Source: Ptychomitrium polyphyllum (taxonomy: Eukaryota). From it: DNA of 64,000 bases. The stretch lies in assembly GCA_973851085.1 (NCBI GenBank), contig OZ316776.1, forward strand, positions 14,756,001-14,820,000. The letters run 5' to 3'. A model generated the notes under the pieces. That model saw only the letters and a list, made by a program, of their open reading frames with translations, did no database searches and had not been told where the DNA came from. Positions 22,916 to 36,079 of this stretch are shown piece after piece. A program made the translations under genes and the position numbers. Position 1 is the first letter of the stretch. Each line of letters begins with the position of its first letter.

Positions 22916-25900
22916 AACGGTGCTTGAATTTGACGAAGGTTCTTGAATTTTTGCTTAGCATTTGTTTATCCATAATACCTTGAGTGCATTTAATGGAATT
23001 ATTAAAAATTATTTTATGTTATTATACTGACTTTACATGTTGTTGTAATAAAGAGACTTGTTTTGAGTAAAAAATGGTCTTTTAATTATTATTAAATACT
23101 TAACAAATTGACAAGATGGTATAATACAAGTTTTTGTAATAATAACCCTTAACAAACCAAGGTATTAAATAGATTAACATACTTTACACAAAACCACATC
23201 TTTTTTTAAATACTCACTTCAAATTTATCATTACTTTATGCAATAATAACTCCTTTAACAAACACTTCTTCTTGATACTTTTCTTTAGAATAAAGAAAAA
23301 TATAAACTTCATACTAATAATACTTTAAAAAGGAAATTTCTACCAAAATCCTAAAAAGAGAACCTTAAAAAGACCTTCTCTCTAAAATTTCACCATTTCC
23401 TCTCTAATACTTAGCTTGATTTCTTTTTCTTTCCTAAAAAATTCTAGAAATTGCAGCTTGGCATTCCCTAGCAATTTCTTTTGCAATCCCTTCTTTCCAC
23501 CACAATTTCTTGTTCACATTGCGCTCGCAATTATTCAATTTTGTTAATAGCCTTGTTTACAACTTTATTGAGAAATTTGTTTTGTGCTCAAACAACCTTA
23601 TTAAACCTATTCCTAGCTTCTTCTCTTGAGCAAACGCATATATACTTTTTAATTAAATTTTAAATACTATAAATTTTACAATACAACAATGTGCAATATT
23701 CTAGTTGATGAATATGAGAATTTAAATTCCAAGAAGCCAGGCTACAAATATTATAAGCAACTCTAGCTTTAAAATGTATTTTAAATAAGACAACAAACCA
23801 CAAACTTGACTTATTTAAATCCTCAATCTTTAAAAATAAAAAAAACTCTAGTGTCTTTATTATCTTTGTGAAAGTTAAAAAATTTCTATTATAAGTGAAT
23901 GGCATAAACCTTATTTATGATCTTATAAAATGTAGTTTTTAAACTTAAGTAAGATAAAAAGAGTAAGATTTAACAATATGATCCAAAGAAATCTTAATGA
24001 TAAATTTAAGCAATAGAAATTTATATATGCCAAATTTTACAAATTTTTAGATGGATTATATAATAGACTTGATATGGCAACATTTCTTGTGTTTTTGTAC
24101 TTTATAAAATCCTTCCTACTACAAGTATTTTGACTTTACATCTTTGCTCCTTTGCATGTTGCTACAAAATGTCTTTCAAGCCTTAGAGTAAATTTGAATA
24201 AAAAAACCAAGATAAAAAACTTTGATTTTCAAATTTCAATATGGATTTTGTAGTAGACTTCACATTGCCTCTATAAAGTGGATTTTATATGGACTTTGTA
24301 AATGAAGAATTGGTTTTAGAATCCAAAAGCAAATGTAAGAGGTAAAGGCTTAGTTGTTGAGGCAATTTTCTTATGAATACTAACATTTTTTTATTGGAAG
24401 AAAAGCTTAATCCACCATAATCCATTTCACATCCTATTTACACTTCACTTAATATAGGTGCTTAACTATATGTAGTACTTAAAATGCAAACAATGCCACA
24501 TCCATGCTTTATTATTAAAAAATTCAACAATTAAAAGAATTCCTAAATTTCTTAAATAAATCAATACATTATACACAACTAAATGCTAAAACATTTAGTG
24601 ATAATCTTCAAAAATTTCTTTCCAATTTGGCTTATATCTTGCATTTGTTGTAATCAAAGATGTCATTGCAATGCCCAAGGAAATTGTTATATCAACACAT
24701 ACTATTATATATAAGAAAATTGCTATATCAACACATACAATTAAATATTCAAAATCTAACCTCATCATTAAATTCATTCAATTTATATATTGAAAGGAAT
24801 TAATTCCTTTTGATAATTTGGCAAGAAAAACTAATAAATATTAACCAATTTCTTTGTAATTTACATAATTCAATAGATTAGAATGATAGTTTTGGTAGTA
24901 ATGCAAATCTCAACTATTATTGCTCAAAAATGTTTTTTACTAAAGTTTAACTTTTCAGTGAATTACAGACAGCCAAATTCATGGTGAGATGTTTCTATTT
25001 TAATAAAGTTCTTGCTCAAATACCAAGCATCACTATAATCAACCAAATGACAATAGTCTTCAGATTTAAAATCAAGAATTCCATTGAGATGGAATAGTTT
25101 TTCATACACGCTTTATTTGTGCCTATTTCTTCATCATAACAATGCTTATTTGAATGGTACAGTCTAGTTCTTTTTCCAGAATCAGATTCAACCCAGGGTC
25201 TCAATCTTGAGATGGAATTTGAAGTACAGTGTTAGTTACCAATTTATCAAAGTGGGTTGCTGGGGCTAGCATAACTTAGTATCTAAGTTAGCCATCATCT
25301 CAAAGATAACTTAGAATGCTCCATCAGCAACATTAGTGTGCAGTGGCTGATCGTTACAGTGAAACATGTTTTTAAATCTCAAAACCTTAATAGACTTGAA
25401 AAAAATTGAAACATTTTTTCATTTATTTATTTTATTTTATCTAATAATGATATAGAATTAAATGGTACCATCAATGAATTTAATAAAATAAAATAACAAG
25501 ACACTATAAATTTGCAGCAAAGAAAACTCCCATACTCGTGCTTTTACTAAATTTTGCTTTTTTAAAAACGTGTTCAAACTAATTTTTACTTACGTCACTT
25601 TCAAGTTCCTCTTGATTCACTGTTCATGCTTGCTACAGAAGCTCAATCAACATCAAATTGAAGCCTTTGGCACCGGACACTGGCATTTGTGAACAGCGTA
25701 GTTATGAGGTGGTCAGAGTGGACGCTGTCGATCAACTTGGGCTTTCAAACAATCAGGCCAAGTTACTTCTTCATTGCAACTACACTTGGTTCCAAACACA
25801 TCATCAGAAGTTAAGGCCACAGTAGTACCAACTTAAATGAGACGGATTTGAAGACACTAAACTGGAGAGTTCACTGTGAGTACCGCTGGCTTCCATATGG

Positions 25901-26502
25901 CGTATATTTATAAATCATTGAAACTATGGGATTTAAGCAGTCTGTCCAGGACAGCTCAAGTCCAGTGTACAAAGACTCACCTTTTACATTTCAAATTGAT
26001 TCCAAAATGAAGACGTCACCAAGTTAACCTGTAAGACTATCATCCAACAGGTCAATAAACCATCCATGTCCGCAATAATCATTCTAAATATTGTGCTTCC
26101 GAAATCATCGACAGCGTGCACATGCTTATCGAATACATCCATAATTGATCTACAAAGCAGATAAAGCTGAATTAGGTCTATCGACAGGCGTAATTGCTAG
26201 CACGAGAAACATGATATTTATTTCATGATCACAAGGTAATACACACAAGTTTTGTGATTACACAACCACGGAATTGATCAAGGCGGCAGTCATTCGACCT
26301 CTATTCGGCATTGCTCAGCCATGATCTACATTAACACTGAAACAATTCACTTCATGATAGTACGGGAATAGTAGTACCAGAATGGCCAAATACTTGCAGG
26401 ACAAGGAATATCCCTAACCCTCAGCAGTTTCAGCTCCAGGTAATCAACTAAAGAACGGAACCCCTCGACTTCGCGCCATAAAGTTCCCACCCGTCTGCAA
26501 CT

Positions 26503-27288
26503 CTAATATCTGAATTGAGCACCTTCCCACGTCTGCCCAAATTTCCATCCGCCGCCGACAGCATTGTTGGTGGTCACAGTGCGCCCATCGCCAGTGGTGA
26601 GCTGGAACGAAAGTGGGCCCTGCAGTTGCTTCCGCACCGTCCATATCGCCCCCCAGTTGCGGTACATGGGAGTCCAGGTCGAGCGTGCATCTTTAATCTT
26701 CAAGGCCACAACGTCTCCCGCGCCTGCGACGTTGTGGATGAGGATCATGAAGAACCAGGGATTTCCCGTCACCGTGAACCGGATCCCACCTTTCTTCTGG
26801 CATGGGACGCGCCGGTAGTACACAGGCGCGACCCCTCCGACGCGCTTCGCGAGCGTCTCGAAGGCCGGCATTGGCAAGTCGAAGTGCTTCCTCGGGGGGT
26901 TACACCACCCGTCAGTGGAGCCGGGCGGGCAGAGATTCGTCGCAGTGATGACGATGGAACGGGAGTAGCTGTAGCACCAGTTTTTGGTCGTTCGCGACTC
27001 CTTGATAAACTTGCATTTGAGCTCGAAGCAGGCGCCACAGGCGAGTCCGCCTTGAAAGAGCGGCGTGCTGAGTGCCGCCGTCATGGACCCATATCCCAGC
27101 TTATACGTGTCTGAGTATCCGCACGCACCGGCTTGCGTTCCGCCACCATTAGGCGAGCCGTAGAAGGTGATGTGGCCGTCGTCTTTCCAGGATGAATCGT
27201 ATGTCCGCTGCGAGCACACCATGAGCACGCTAGTCGCGACAAAGAGCACTGCAAACAGATCCAACTTAATTCTCAATATTGCACCCAT
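26503..27288 (-). CDS. EXPA: Alpha-expansin, 261 aa, single coding exon; 5'-UTR intron 27301-27641, TATA ~27826-27832
   Basis: Signal peptide, TFYG...GACGY, CGACFE, TATNLCPP, HFDL and RNWG/Trp C-terminal motifs; GT..AG intron upstream of the ATG. Confidence 0.95.
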   Translation of the reverse strand: MGAILRIKLDLFAVLFVATSVLMVCSQRTYDSSWKDDGHITFYGSPNGGGTQAGACGYSDTYKLGYGSMTAALSTPLFQGGLACGACFELKCKFIKESRTTKNWCYSYSRSIVITATNLCPPGSTDGWCNPPRKHFDLPMPAFETLAKRVGGVAPVYYRRVPCQKKGGIRFTVTGNPWFFMILIHNVAGAGDVVALKIKDARSTWTPMYRNWGAIWTVRKQLQGPLSFQLTTGDGRTVTTNNAVGGGWKFGQTWEGAQFRY

Positions 27289-30200
27289 CCTGAATATCTC
27301 CTGCAATCACTGAAATAAAATCTTTCAAATTTGAGGTTCAAAACCATGATTTACTGAACAAGTCTGCAATCACAAACAATTTCAATTTTTTTTGACTAAT
27401 CTGTCAAACATGTGGTTGAAAATCATGAACTTGAAATAAGTGTACAGATGATTTCGAGAGGAAAATCATTCATTGAAGACACCAAAATGTTACTACGTAA
27501 ATCTGATATATATCTCGCTACTTGAACAAACTTGTAACGAAATGGAACACATTGTTGAATTCAATTCAATCATATTAAACGAATCATCGAATCTGCTGAG
27601 GCTATGAAAGCATGAACTTGTGACTAGTCGAGTAAACTTACAAGAAAGAGATGACAGTCAGATTGCTGGTTTGAGAGTCAGGCTTTCTGAGAAGGTGTTA
27701 TAAAGCAGAGATCGGCATTCTATTAGCAATGCTAGAGCCTGCAGGTGAATCAAGGCAGAGGGAATGTCAAAGGGTGATGCTAGAATCTGTAGTGATTGAA
27801 GGAGAGTCTGGAGACGATCTCAACTTATATACATAACTTTGAGTGTTCTCTATCACGATCTTGATCCTTAGCAACCGCATGATCATGGTTCCAGATGTAG
27901 CGGTGTTATTTGAGGGAAACCGACGAGCACACCAACCAACGTGTGATTGTCAACGCGCCAATCATGCTGCGAAACTTACGATGTAGAGAAGTATTGAGAA
28001 GGTTGATACTTGTCCTGTACGTCGAAGGTACAGACATGTACTTCTTAGCCCTAAATTAGAACTTGTTTAGATTTAAATATTTTACTTCCACGCTCAGAAA
28101 ATTAAAATCATATGCTGATTGACTCCTGCGTTCCAATTGCGTGTAGCAAATTTTTCCTTCAAGCAGCCATTTCTTTATTTCACATGAAGTGCATGTTGTG
28201 CTCCAAGCGAAACTCGGCATGTGCCCAGTTGACTGGAAATTGTTGTTTCCCGAGCCACCTGTGCACAAAGTTGATGGTTGTACTGCAGTGATTTTGTTTA
28301 ATGATCTGGAAAGGAAAAATGAAGCTGCATATTCATCATCTGTATCAGGCTTCGGGAGAGCTTTGCACAAACAGCCAATGCAATTCATCAACTCATTAAT
28401 TCATCCTGGTTTGTGATTCGTATTGACTTCGACTGGAAGACAGAGCTTCAAATGCCCAGCTGTCATGATGCAAGGGACGTTGATCCGATGGGCTTGATCT
28501 GGGTTAAATTGTGCGAGATGAAAAACAGAACGGATTTGCACGGCAACGACAGTACCTGCTAGGCTGCATTAAAAACTTTGTAGGATGATCAAGCAATCGG
28601 AGAAAGGATGATTTGCATGGCATGTAGCTATCTACCAGAGGATGTTCAATATCAACGAGTCTTGTACAAAATGCCTTAGTGTTTTGGAAGAGACTTCAAC
28701 TTTCCTTCGAGAAAGGGTGCACAGCCCAGACTCTGGAACGCTAGGCGGCAAGCGTATGCAACAGTTAAGTTCGAAGACTTCTATTTGTGTAAAAAAGAAC
28801 AGGAAGGAAAAGGAGGGTTAGGTGAAGATGTCTTTTTATATTGAATGCAATAATGTGCGAAATGTCATTATCTCTTGAATGTAGATATGGTCAAAATCAC
28901 AGTGACTTGATTTTCGCCATTCTAACATAACTTGAGCAAGTGGTTCACAGTGACCTTCGTCACAGTTGTTTCATTTTCCTTTTTTACGATTCAAGTAGAG
29001 CACTATCAATCGTAAACCAGAAACATAGGCCACAATTGCTGTTCATACTAACTTCTGAGCTATCCCTTGCCAGAAGTCTCAGCATTAGAACGAGGCTTTG
29101 GACACAACGAAAGGAAATCCCTTTGCAGCAGCCTCGCACTCCGGTAACTTCGCTAACACGTCCATACAATCTTGTTCGAATTCACGATACAAAGTCAGCC
29201 TATGGACAGTGGACACTGGACGTGTAATTAAAAGTAGTCTAATATAGGAAACTTCCCGAAGTCTGATTCCCATTGACCTCTGACCTCCTCTGTACCTACT
29301 ACATTCCTCAATCTCCTCCGCCGAACCACCTAAATTTATTATCAGTGTACCAGTCTTACCTCATACAGGAAAATTTTGCTCACAAAAGGAAACAGCGATT
29401 TGTGGATCTCGCTTTAATTATCCAGAAAGCGGCCCGATAAACTTGTTTCAAACGTGTCCTTCCCGAAAATTTGGCACTTATCTAATAGCATAGTAACCAA
29501 GACTTTTATTTTACTCCATCCAGAAGGGAGACTTTTGAAGACTATAATCCTGGACCTTCAGTAGGATTGATCATCAGTACTGTCCAGTCTGCGGCTTATG
29601 AGGTTAGAATTCAGTTTTGAGATTACATCGGCGTTCCCTGAAACTTCAGCAAAAACGTGAAATGCATGTGGAATCACCTGCACCACAGTCCACCGGCACC
29701 GAATATCGGAGCCAGTATTGGGTCACGAAATCTGATAGGCTGATGTAAGAATGACATTGCTTCAATCCCATTTCTGTTGCTATATTCGTCGCCGTTTGCC
29801 CCTGATTCCATGGCCCCAACTTCGCAAAGTGGCACACCCTATCAACGAGCTACCTCGAGTTCCCTCCACCTTCTGATGTTGCCTTCCGAGCACTCTGTCT
29901 CAGTTTCGGACCTTCGTTGAAACGACCACATGCTCGTCAACCATCCGTGAGCACACTTTTCCCGTGCTAGAACTTCTCATTACTCATTTTCTTGAGGACT
30001 TTGATTGAGAGTTGAATCGTTTCCGTCAAATCAAAAGTTCCTCTACCAGACTAGATGAAGCACAACAACCATTAGGCTCCGATAGTGGGTTGTCTGGCTC
30101 ATATTCTAGATTCAATTGCGCTCATTCGAATTTTCAAGAAGTTTGCTGAGAAATCTCCATTACGGCGGGACAGTTCTGAATCATGGATACTCCGCATTTT

Positions 30201-30427
30201 TACACAGACTTGGGCTTAGTACATAGAGCTGTATAGGCAGTTAAATCGAATCGTCCCAGGTCTGAAGAAGAATGTTTGCCAGTAAACGAAAGATAGTACG
30301 AGCGTTCGGGATCGATCAATAGCTCGCGTTTCATCTTTTCAAGTTGGATACAAGTTTCTTCACGGTTAAAATTGTGTTGCGCATGGTGTATCTGAGTTCT
30401 TCAGGTATTGAAGAGGGCACTCTAGCC

Positions 30428-33232
30428 ATGGGAATACAATGGGCGCTTGTCATGCTGCTGTGCTCGTGCTTTCTAGTTCCGGAAGTCATGGGCCAGCTCT
30501 ACAAAGATCCCAAGCAGCCCGTCGAAAGAAGAGCCTTCGACCTTCTCTCGCGCATGACACTCGACGAGAAGATCGGCCAGATGACACAGATTGAACGCGG
30601 CTCTGCTAGCGCCGCTGTTATTCAACAATACAAGATCGGTAAGTGCACGCACAATTAACCCAATCCAAGTATCTATCCTGCCATTGCAATGTACTCCACA
30701 ATAAACACATCTAACAGGAGATGAGTGTGCATTTGATGGTTTTGTGCAGGAAGTGTACTGAGTGGGGGAGGGAGTGAACCCGTATTTAGAGCAACGCCAT
30801 CTCAATGGATCAGCATGACCAACAGCTTCCAGTGGGGTGCCTTGAAGACACGCCTCAGCATTCCATTCATTTACGGCACCGATGCGGTCCACGGGCACAA
30901 CAATGTATATGGGGCTACTATATTCCCGCACAATATTGGTCTTGGCTGCACGAGGTAAAGAAATTGAATTATCCTCAAGCTCAGTGGATGGCATCGAAAC
31001 AGAGCTTCCTTAATGGGTTGTTGATTGCGTTGTTTCGCTGAGCGGCGTTGATTATTGTTGTTCATCGTGCAGGGATCCATGGTTGGTGAGGAGAATTGGG
31101 AGCGCTACTGCTCTGGAAGTGCGCGCCACCGGAATTTCGTATACATTTGCGCCTTGCCTTGCAGTATGCCGGGATCCACGATGGGGTCGCTGCTATGAGA
31201 GCTATAGTGAGGATCCGGAAGTAGTGAGGAGCATGACCACTATCATTGATGGTTTGCAAGGCCAATGCCCGGCGGGTTGGAGAGGGCCTTACTTGCAAAA
31301 CAGGTCAGTGAAACTTAAAACCCCTCCTTAAATCGTTTTTTGCAAAATTTGGTTTAATGAGCTGATTCGATTTTAAGTCTCTTATTGGATGGCACGCTAC
31401 AATTCTTCGAGAAGGCGCAATTTGAATCATCAATAGGTCGTTATGACAGCGCCACTGATCGTAGCCCTAAACCTTAAACTCTGTGTAATGTTTCTTTGGA
31501 TTATTGCAGGCGCAAGGTGTTGGCATGTGCGAAGCACTTTGTGGGCGATGGTGGGACATCGCAAGGTACTGACATGGGCAACACCGTCGTCAGCTACGAA
31601 ACCTTAGTGAAGACACACATGAGAGCTTATCCTGCTGCTATTGCCAAGGGCGTGTCGACCATCATGGTTTCCTACTCGAGCTGGAACAACCAGAAAATGC
31701 ACGCTAACAAGTTCCTCATCACGGATGTCTTGAAAGGAAGACTAGGGTTCAAAGGATTCGTCATCTCGGACTGGGAGGGGATCGATCGTATTACAAACCC
31801 GTGGGGTGCCAACTACGAAAACTCGGTCCGGCTTGGAATCATTGCCGGCATCGACATGGTGCATCCTCCCACTGAACTTTCTTGTTTCAATACTAAGGGC
31901 AGAGGTTGATTCTGAATGTTGGCAAGTAGGTGTTCTCTGCAATCCACCATGGCTTTGTGAATGTAAACCTTGGACTAGGTGTTGATAAGAAACTATGTCC
32001 TTGCTTTGTGAGAGCAGGTAATGGTGCCCAACAATTACATGAAATTCATCGAAACGATGAGGAGACTTGTATCCACCGGTGCTATCCCGATGTCCAGAAT
32101 TAACGATGCTGTGACTCGCATCTTGCGAGTGAAGCTCCAAGCTGGTCTTTTCGAGTACCCATATGCAGACAATAGCCTGAAGGCATATCTTGGCGCGCTG
32201 GTGAGTTATCTTCTTTATCTACGCAATGTTTTTATTTCTTCAGAAAGAGATCCAAGAAAAAAATTCACTTGATGCGGTTGCATAATGTGCCATGGCCATT
32301 TTGCGGTCTGTCTGTCACTCATACTTTGTGACATTGACTTCAAGCTCACCAAAGGTTGTGAGATATCTTTACTAACGAAGAGGTCTCTGTTTGATCCTTC
32401 AATGAATTTCAGTCCCATGGAGCCTTGGCACGAGAAGCAGTGCGGAAGTCGCTCGTGCTCTTGAAAAATGATGGCGGTGCAAAGAAGCGACTCTTACCAT
32501 TGAACAAGTACGCCCGGAAGGTGTTGGTAGTGGGAGCTCACGCCGATGACATCGGTTTGCAATGTGGAGGCTGGACCATGGGCTGGCAAGGGTCCCAGGG
32601 CGCCATCACCAGAGGTATATCTACTAAACCACCTCTACCCATTCATGAGGCCCGTCACTGCAAGAACCTGGCATTGAGTTCAGCTTATCATTTAATTTCC
32701 AATCACCAATAAGTCTAACGTGGGTGATTCCACTATTGCTTCTGCAGGAACAACAATATTGGGCGGTATTAGGCAAATAGTGAATAAAAATACGGAGGTG
32801 GTATACCAGGCCAACCCGTACAATGGCTATGCCAAGGAGAAGGGCTTTGAGTATGCGATAGTGGTGGTGGGTGAGCAACCGTATGCAGAGATCAAGGGCG
32901 ACAACCTCAACAACCTCAACATGCCTGCCCCATACCCAGCCTTGATTAAGGATACGTGCTCCAACGTGCCATGCGTGGTGGTGATGATCTCCGGGAGGCC
33001 GCTGGTGGTAGAGCCTTACCTTGGCTATATCAATGCCTTCGTCGCTGCCTGGCTTCCGGGATCAGAAGGACGCGGAGTTGCTGAAGTGCTCTTCGGAAAC
33101 TTTGAGTTCACAGGGAAGCTGTCAAGGACTTGGTTCCGAAACGTTGGTCAGCTGCCCATCAATGTGGGTGACAAGTATTATAACCCCTTGTTTCCCTTTG
33201 GGTTTGGCTTGAAAATGGGCCTCAAGCAGTAG
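30428..33232 (+). CDS. GH3 beta-glucosidase / beta-D-glucan exohydrolase, 7 exons (30428-30638, 30750-30954, 31073-31303, 31510-31858, 32018-32200, 32413-32614, 32748-33232)
   Basis: [46 protein letters not shown] (nucleophile), [23 protein letters not shown]; canonical GT-AG junctions keep the frame; N-terminal signal peptide. Confidence 0.95.
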
Positions 33233-34618
33233 GAGTCACTAGTCGGCTAAATCTTTGTTACATTCATTTTGGGGAAGTTTATGATGTTTCCCACTCTCGT
33301 TAATTTATTCACCATTAGGAATCCTTGATAACTTCAGGACTCCAGTTTCTTTGCTGTGACAGGCCGATTCTGTGAAGTTAGTAACAGAATATAGAACTTT
33401 CCACGTTGAACCGGATGTTCCAAGTTGTCATTCATTAAAGCATTATTGATACAAGTTGAATTAGCACCGGAAATTATTGTGCTTCACTCTAATTACTTTT
33501 GCTTCGCTAGTCTGTGACTAGCACTTAGGAAAATGCTTGCCTTCTGGATTCGATGGACCTGTTTCCCATTCGAGTATTTTATTTTGTATCTGGAATGAGA
33601 CAACAGTTCGTCACAGACAAGGCTAGGGCCAACCTTCTCGTTTGAACTCTTTCGGACCTATCACATGAAACTACTACTCTGATGTGGAAATGGATTCGGA
33701 TTAGTGGTCTGTTAAATCATGTTTTTGGACAACCACCTGGAGTTCAATAATTTGTTTCAACAAGAGACTTATTCAGATCTGTTGTTAATCCTTTCTGCAC
33801 GAGAAAGAGCATTTTTTCATGTAACAAAGAATTGAGGTACTGCATCAGTTTAGTTATGTGGAGTAACTTACAAAAAGTATCTAACTTTGAGTTTCGCCTT
33901 GAGTTTGGTCTTCCGATCTTTGTATCTCATGGTGTACAACTCAGATTGAAAATTTGATTAAAAAGTTTTGAATGTATAAAGGTGCATTTAGTTTAGTAAT
34001 GTAGAGTATGGTCCATTGAGAAGGAAACATAATATAACTGGCCTTCCTTTACATATTAAGCCTCTAAAGCAGCAAAAGCATAACATTTAATATGTTCATT
34101 TCAGTCAAATTTTCATCTATCTTTTTTCAATTAGGAAAAATATCCATCCTTAATTCACATGAATTTCAAAACTGAATATATAATCTGGTGGATTATATGT
34201 TATTATTATTAACAATGCCTTTATCAAACATGATTCTACAAAGGAAAAAGAATGTTCTTTTAAGTTATCTAATACTTAATATATAACATTTGTGAGTGCA
34301 ATTTCTGGAAAGCACTACAATAGAAAATTTAAATGGATATTTGCAATGTTTAAGAAGTAATTTTTAACAAATGTATTGGATTTGTTAGTACGGAATTATT
34401 ATTTTTTAAATGTTTTGCTTTAAAAACGCATGAGACCTTATGCCCATGAATTAATAAAATGTCAAAAAAATGTTTTAAGATCCCAAAAAGTTGTTGTATA
34501 ATACACCTCATGTATTACAACATAGCCAAAATTTGACATCAAGATTTTAATTTTATCAATTATTAGTAATAAGATGATAGCAAAAATACCATATATTTGA
34601 CACTACGAAGTAACTATG

Positions 34619-34818
34619 AATATTGTGCCAATTGCCAATTACATACAAATAAATTACAAAGGAAAAATTCCCAATTCAAATCCAAAAAAAGGACAAGTAG
34701 GTGAGTGGAGCACATATTAATATTGTGCCAATTGCCAATTACATACAAATAAATTACAAAGGAAAAATTCCCAATTCAAATCCAAAAAAAGGACAAGTAG
34801 GTGAGTGGAGCACATATT
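34619..34818. repeat. Exact 100-bp tandem duplication (2 copies)
   Basis: 34619-34718 is identical to 34719-34818. Confidence 0.95.
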
Positions 34819-35860
34819 CAAAGATGACAAAGTCTCACCTAGATTTGAGCAATTCACCTAGAATCTCCACTCAAGGTACTCCTTTAACAAACTAGGAGAC
34901 AAGCTTTAGAATATTGGGTGATTTTACAAATAAATCTATTATTAGTACAAAAGGTTAGCTGCACCTAATCCTGATGTAGAATTGTATCCTACAATATAGA
35001 ATTGACACATATAAGCAAGGCCGTCGAGTGTCAACAAAAGTTAGCATACAAACTGCTTGGTATTTAGAAAGCTCTCCCTTCAGATGAGTAGATGGAAACA
35101 AGAACTGCGAAATTTAGTCCTGGACATAAAAAGTTGAATCGTATCATAATCTCTCGTCCTTAGAATTCATATGTTCGTTTCTGTCTACAATAATTTCTGT
35201 CACTTTAGGACGGTAGCATTCTATGTCCACTAACATTCCATTATGCAAACCTTCAACAGGATGCATTGCCACGCCAATTTAAACTACACCAGGCAGACAG
35301 ACTGTAATGTGCCGAACTTGGTCATGCTTGTTGAACCTACTCAATTAGTGTAAACCAGCTCTTAATTAAGATGTGAATAATACCAAATCTGACATGATAT
35401 TTTCAACGTTAATTGCAATTGGACTGATTTACATCCGACAACACACGGTAGAGAACTCGAGATAATTGGGATTTGAACAAAGCTAACATCCACAAGAGTC
35501 CACTTCCTTCGAGATCAATGGCAACCTTCAAAGCCAAAAATCTCTTAACATGGGCATTTATCGAAACTATCTCCAATTCTGCTCAGTAAAACATACAATC
35601 TAAGTAAAAGCCTTCTAGATTTGTAAACCGTTAAACTTCAAGTCACCTGCAACATGAAGAACTGCCAATGAGCAACCATTCGGATCACGGAATGTAAAAT
35701 GTCTCTGAAAGAGATATACGTTGAATTACTTTGCACTATAACGCCAACTTATGGAGGTTACAGAGTGGACCGTTATTAAAATGACCTTAAGAAAGTCCCT
35801 ATTAAGAGAGCATTTGTGAAAGCATCTTCTAATGCAAAGCTGAAGACAGTTTAAATCACC

Positions 35861-36079
35861 TCAATGGTGGTCCTTGGGAGCGGAGAATTTTGACGAGATG
35901 CCATCCACAATGAGGTAAACACCGAAAAGACCCAGGGCAATGCCCAGGCCAGGAGTAGCCCTCCTCAAATGGCCGTTCAGAATTGGATGCTTGCGATAAT
36001 CATCTCGGGACTTGAAGAAAGCCCCTGTACTAACATGGCTGCTGCTTCCTTTACTCAATTTAAACCCCTCGTTTGCCAT
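35861..36079 (-). CDS. NDUFB3: Mitochondrial complex I subunit B12 (NDUFB3), 72 aa; 5'-UTR intron 36106-36519
   Basis: TGAFFKSRDDYRKHPIL...RATPGLGIALGLFGVYL resembles the plant B12 motif TGEFFRRRDEWRKHPML...PGIGIG; single TM helix. Confidence 0.88.
   Translation of the reverse strand: MANEGFKLSKGSSSHVSTGAFFKSRDDYRKHPILNGHLRRATPGLGIALGLFGVYLIVDGISSKFSAPKDHH

Noticed and set aside
26515..27114. 199-aa plus-strand ORF
   Set aside because: Antisense shadow of the GC-rich expansin CDS.
28056..28416. Overlapping ORFs between expansin and GH3
   Set aside because: No recognisable motifs or gene structure.
31462..31480. Telomere-like CCCTAAA motifs (also ~46016, ~61367)
   Set aside because: Single or degenerate units; not an interstitial telomere array.
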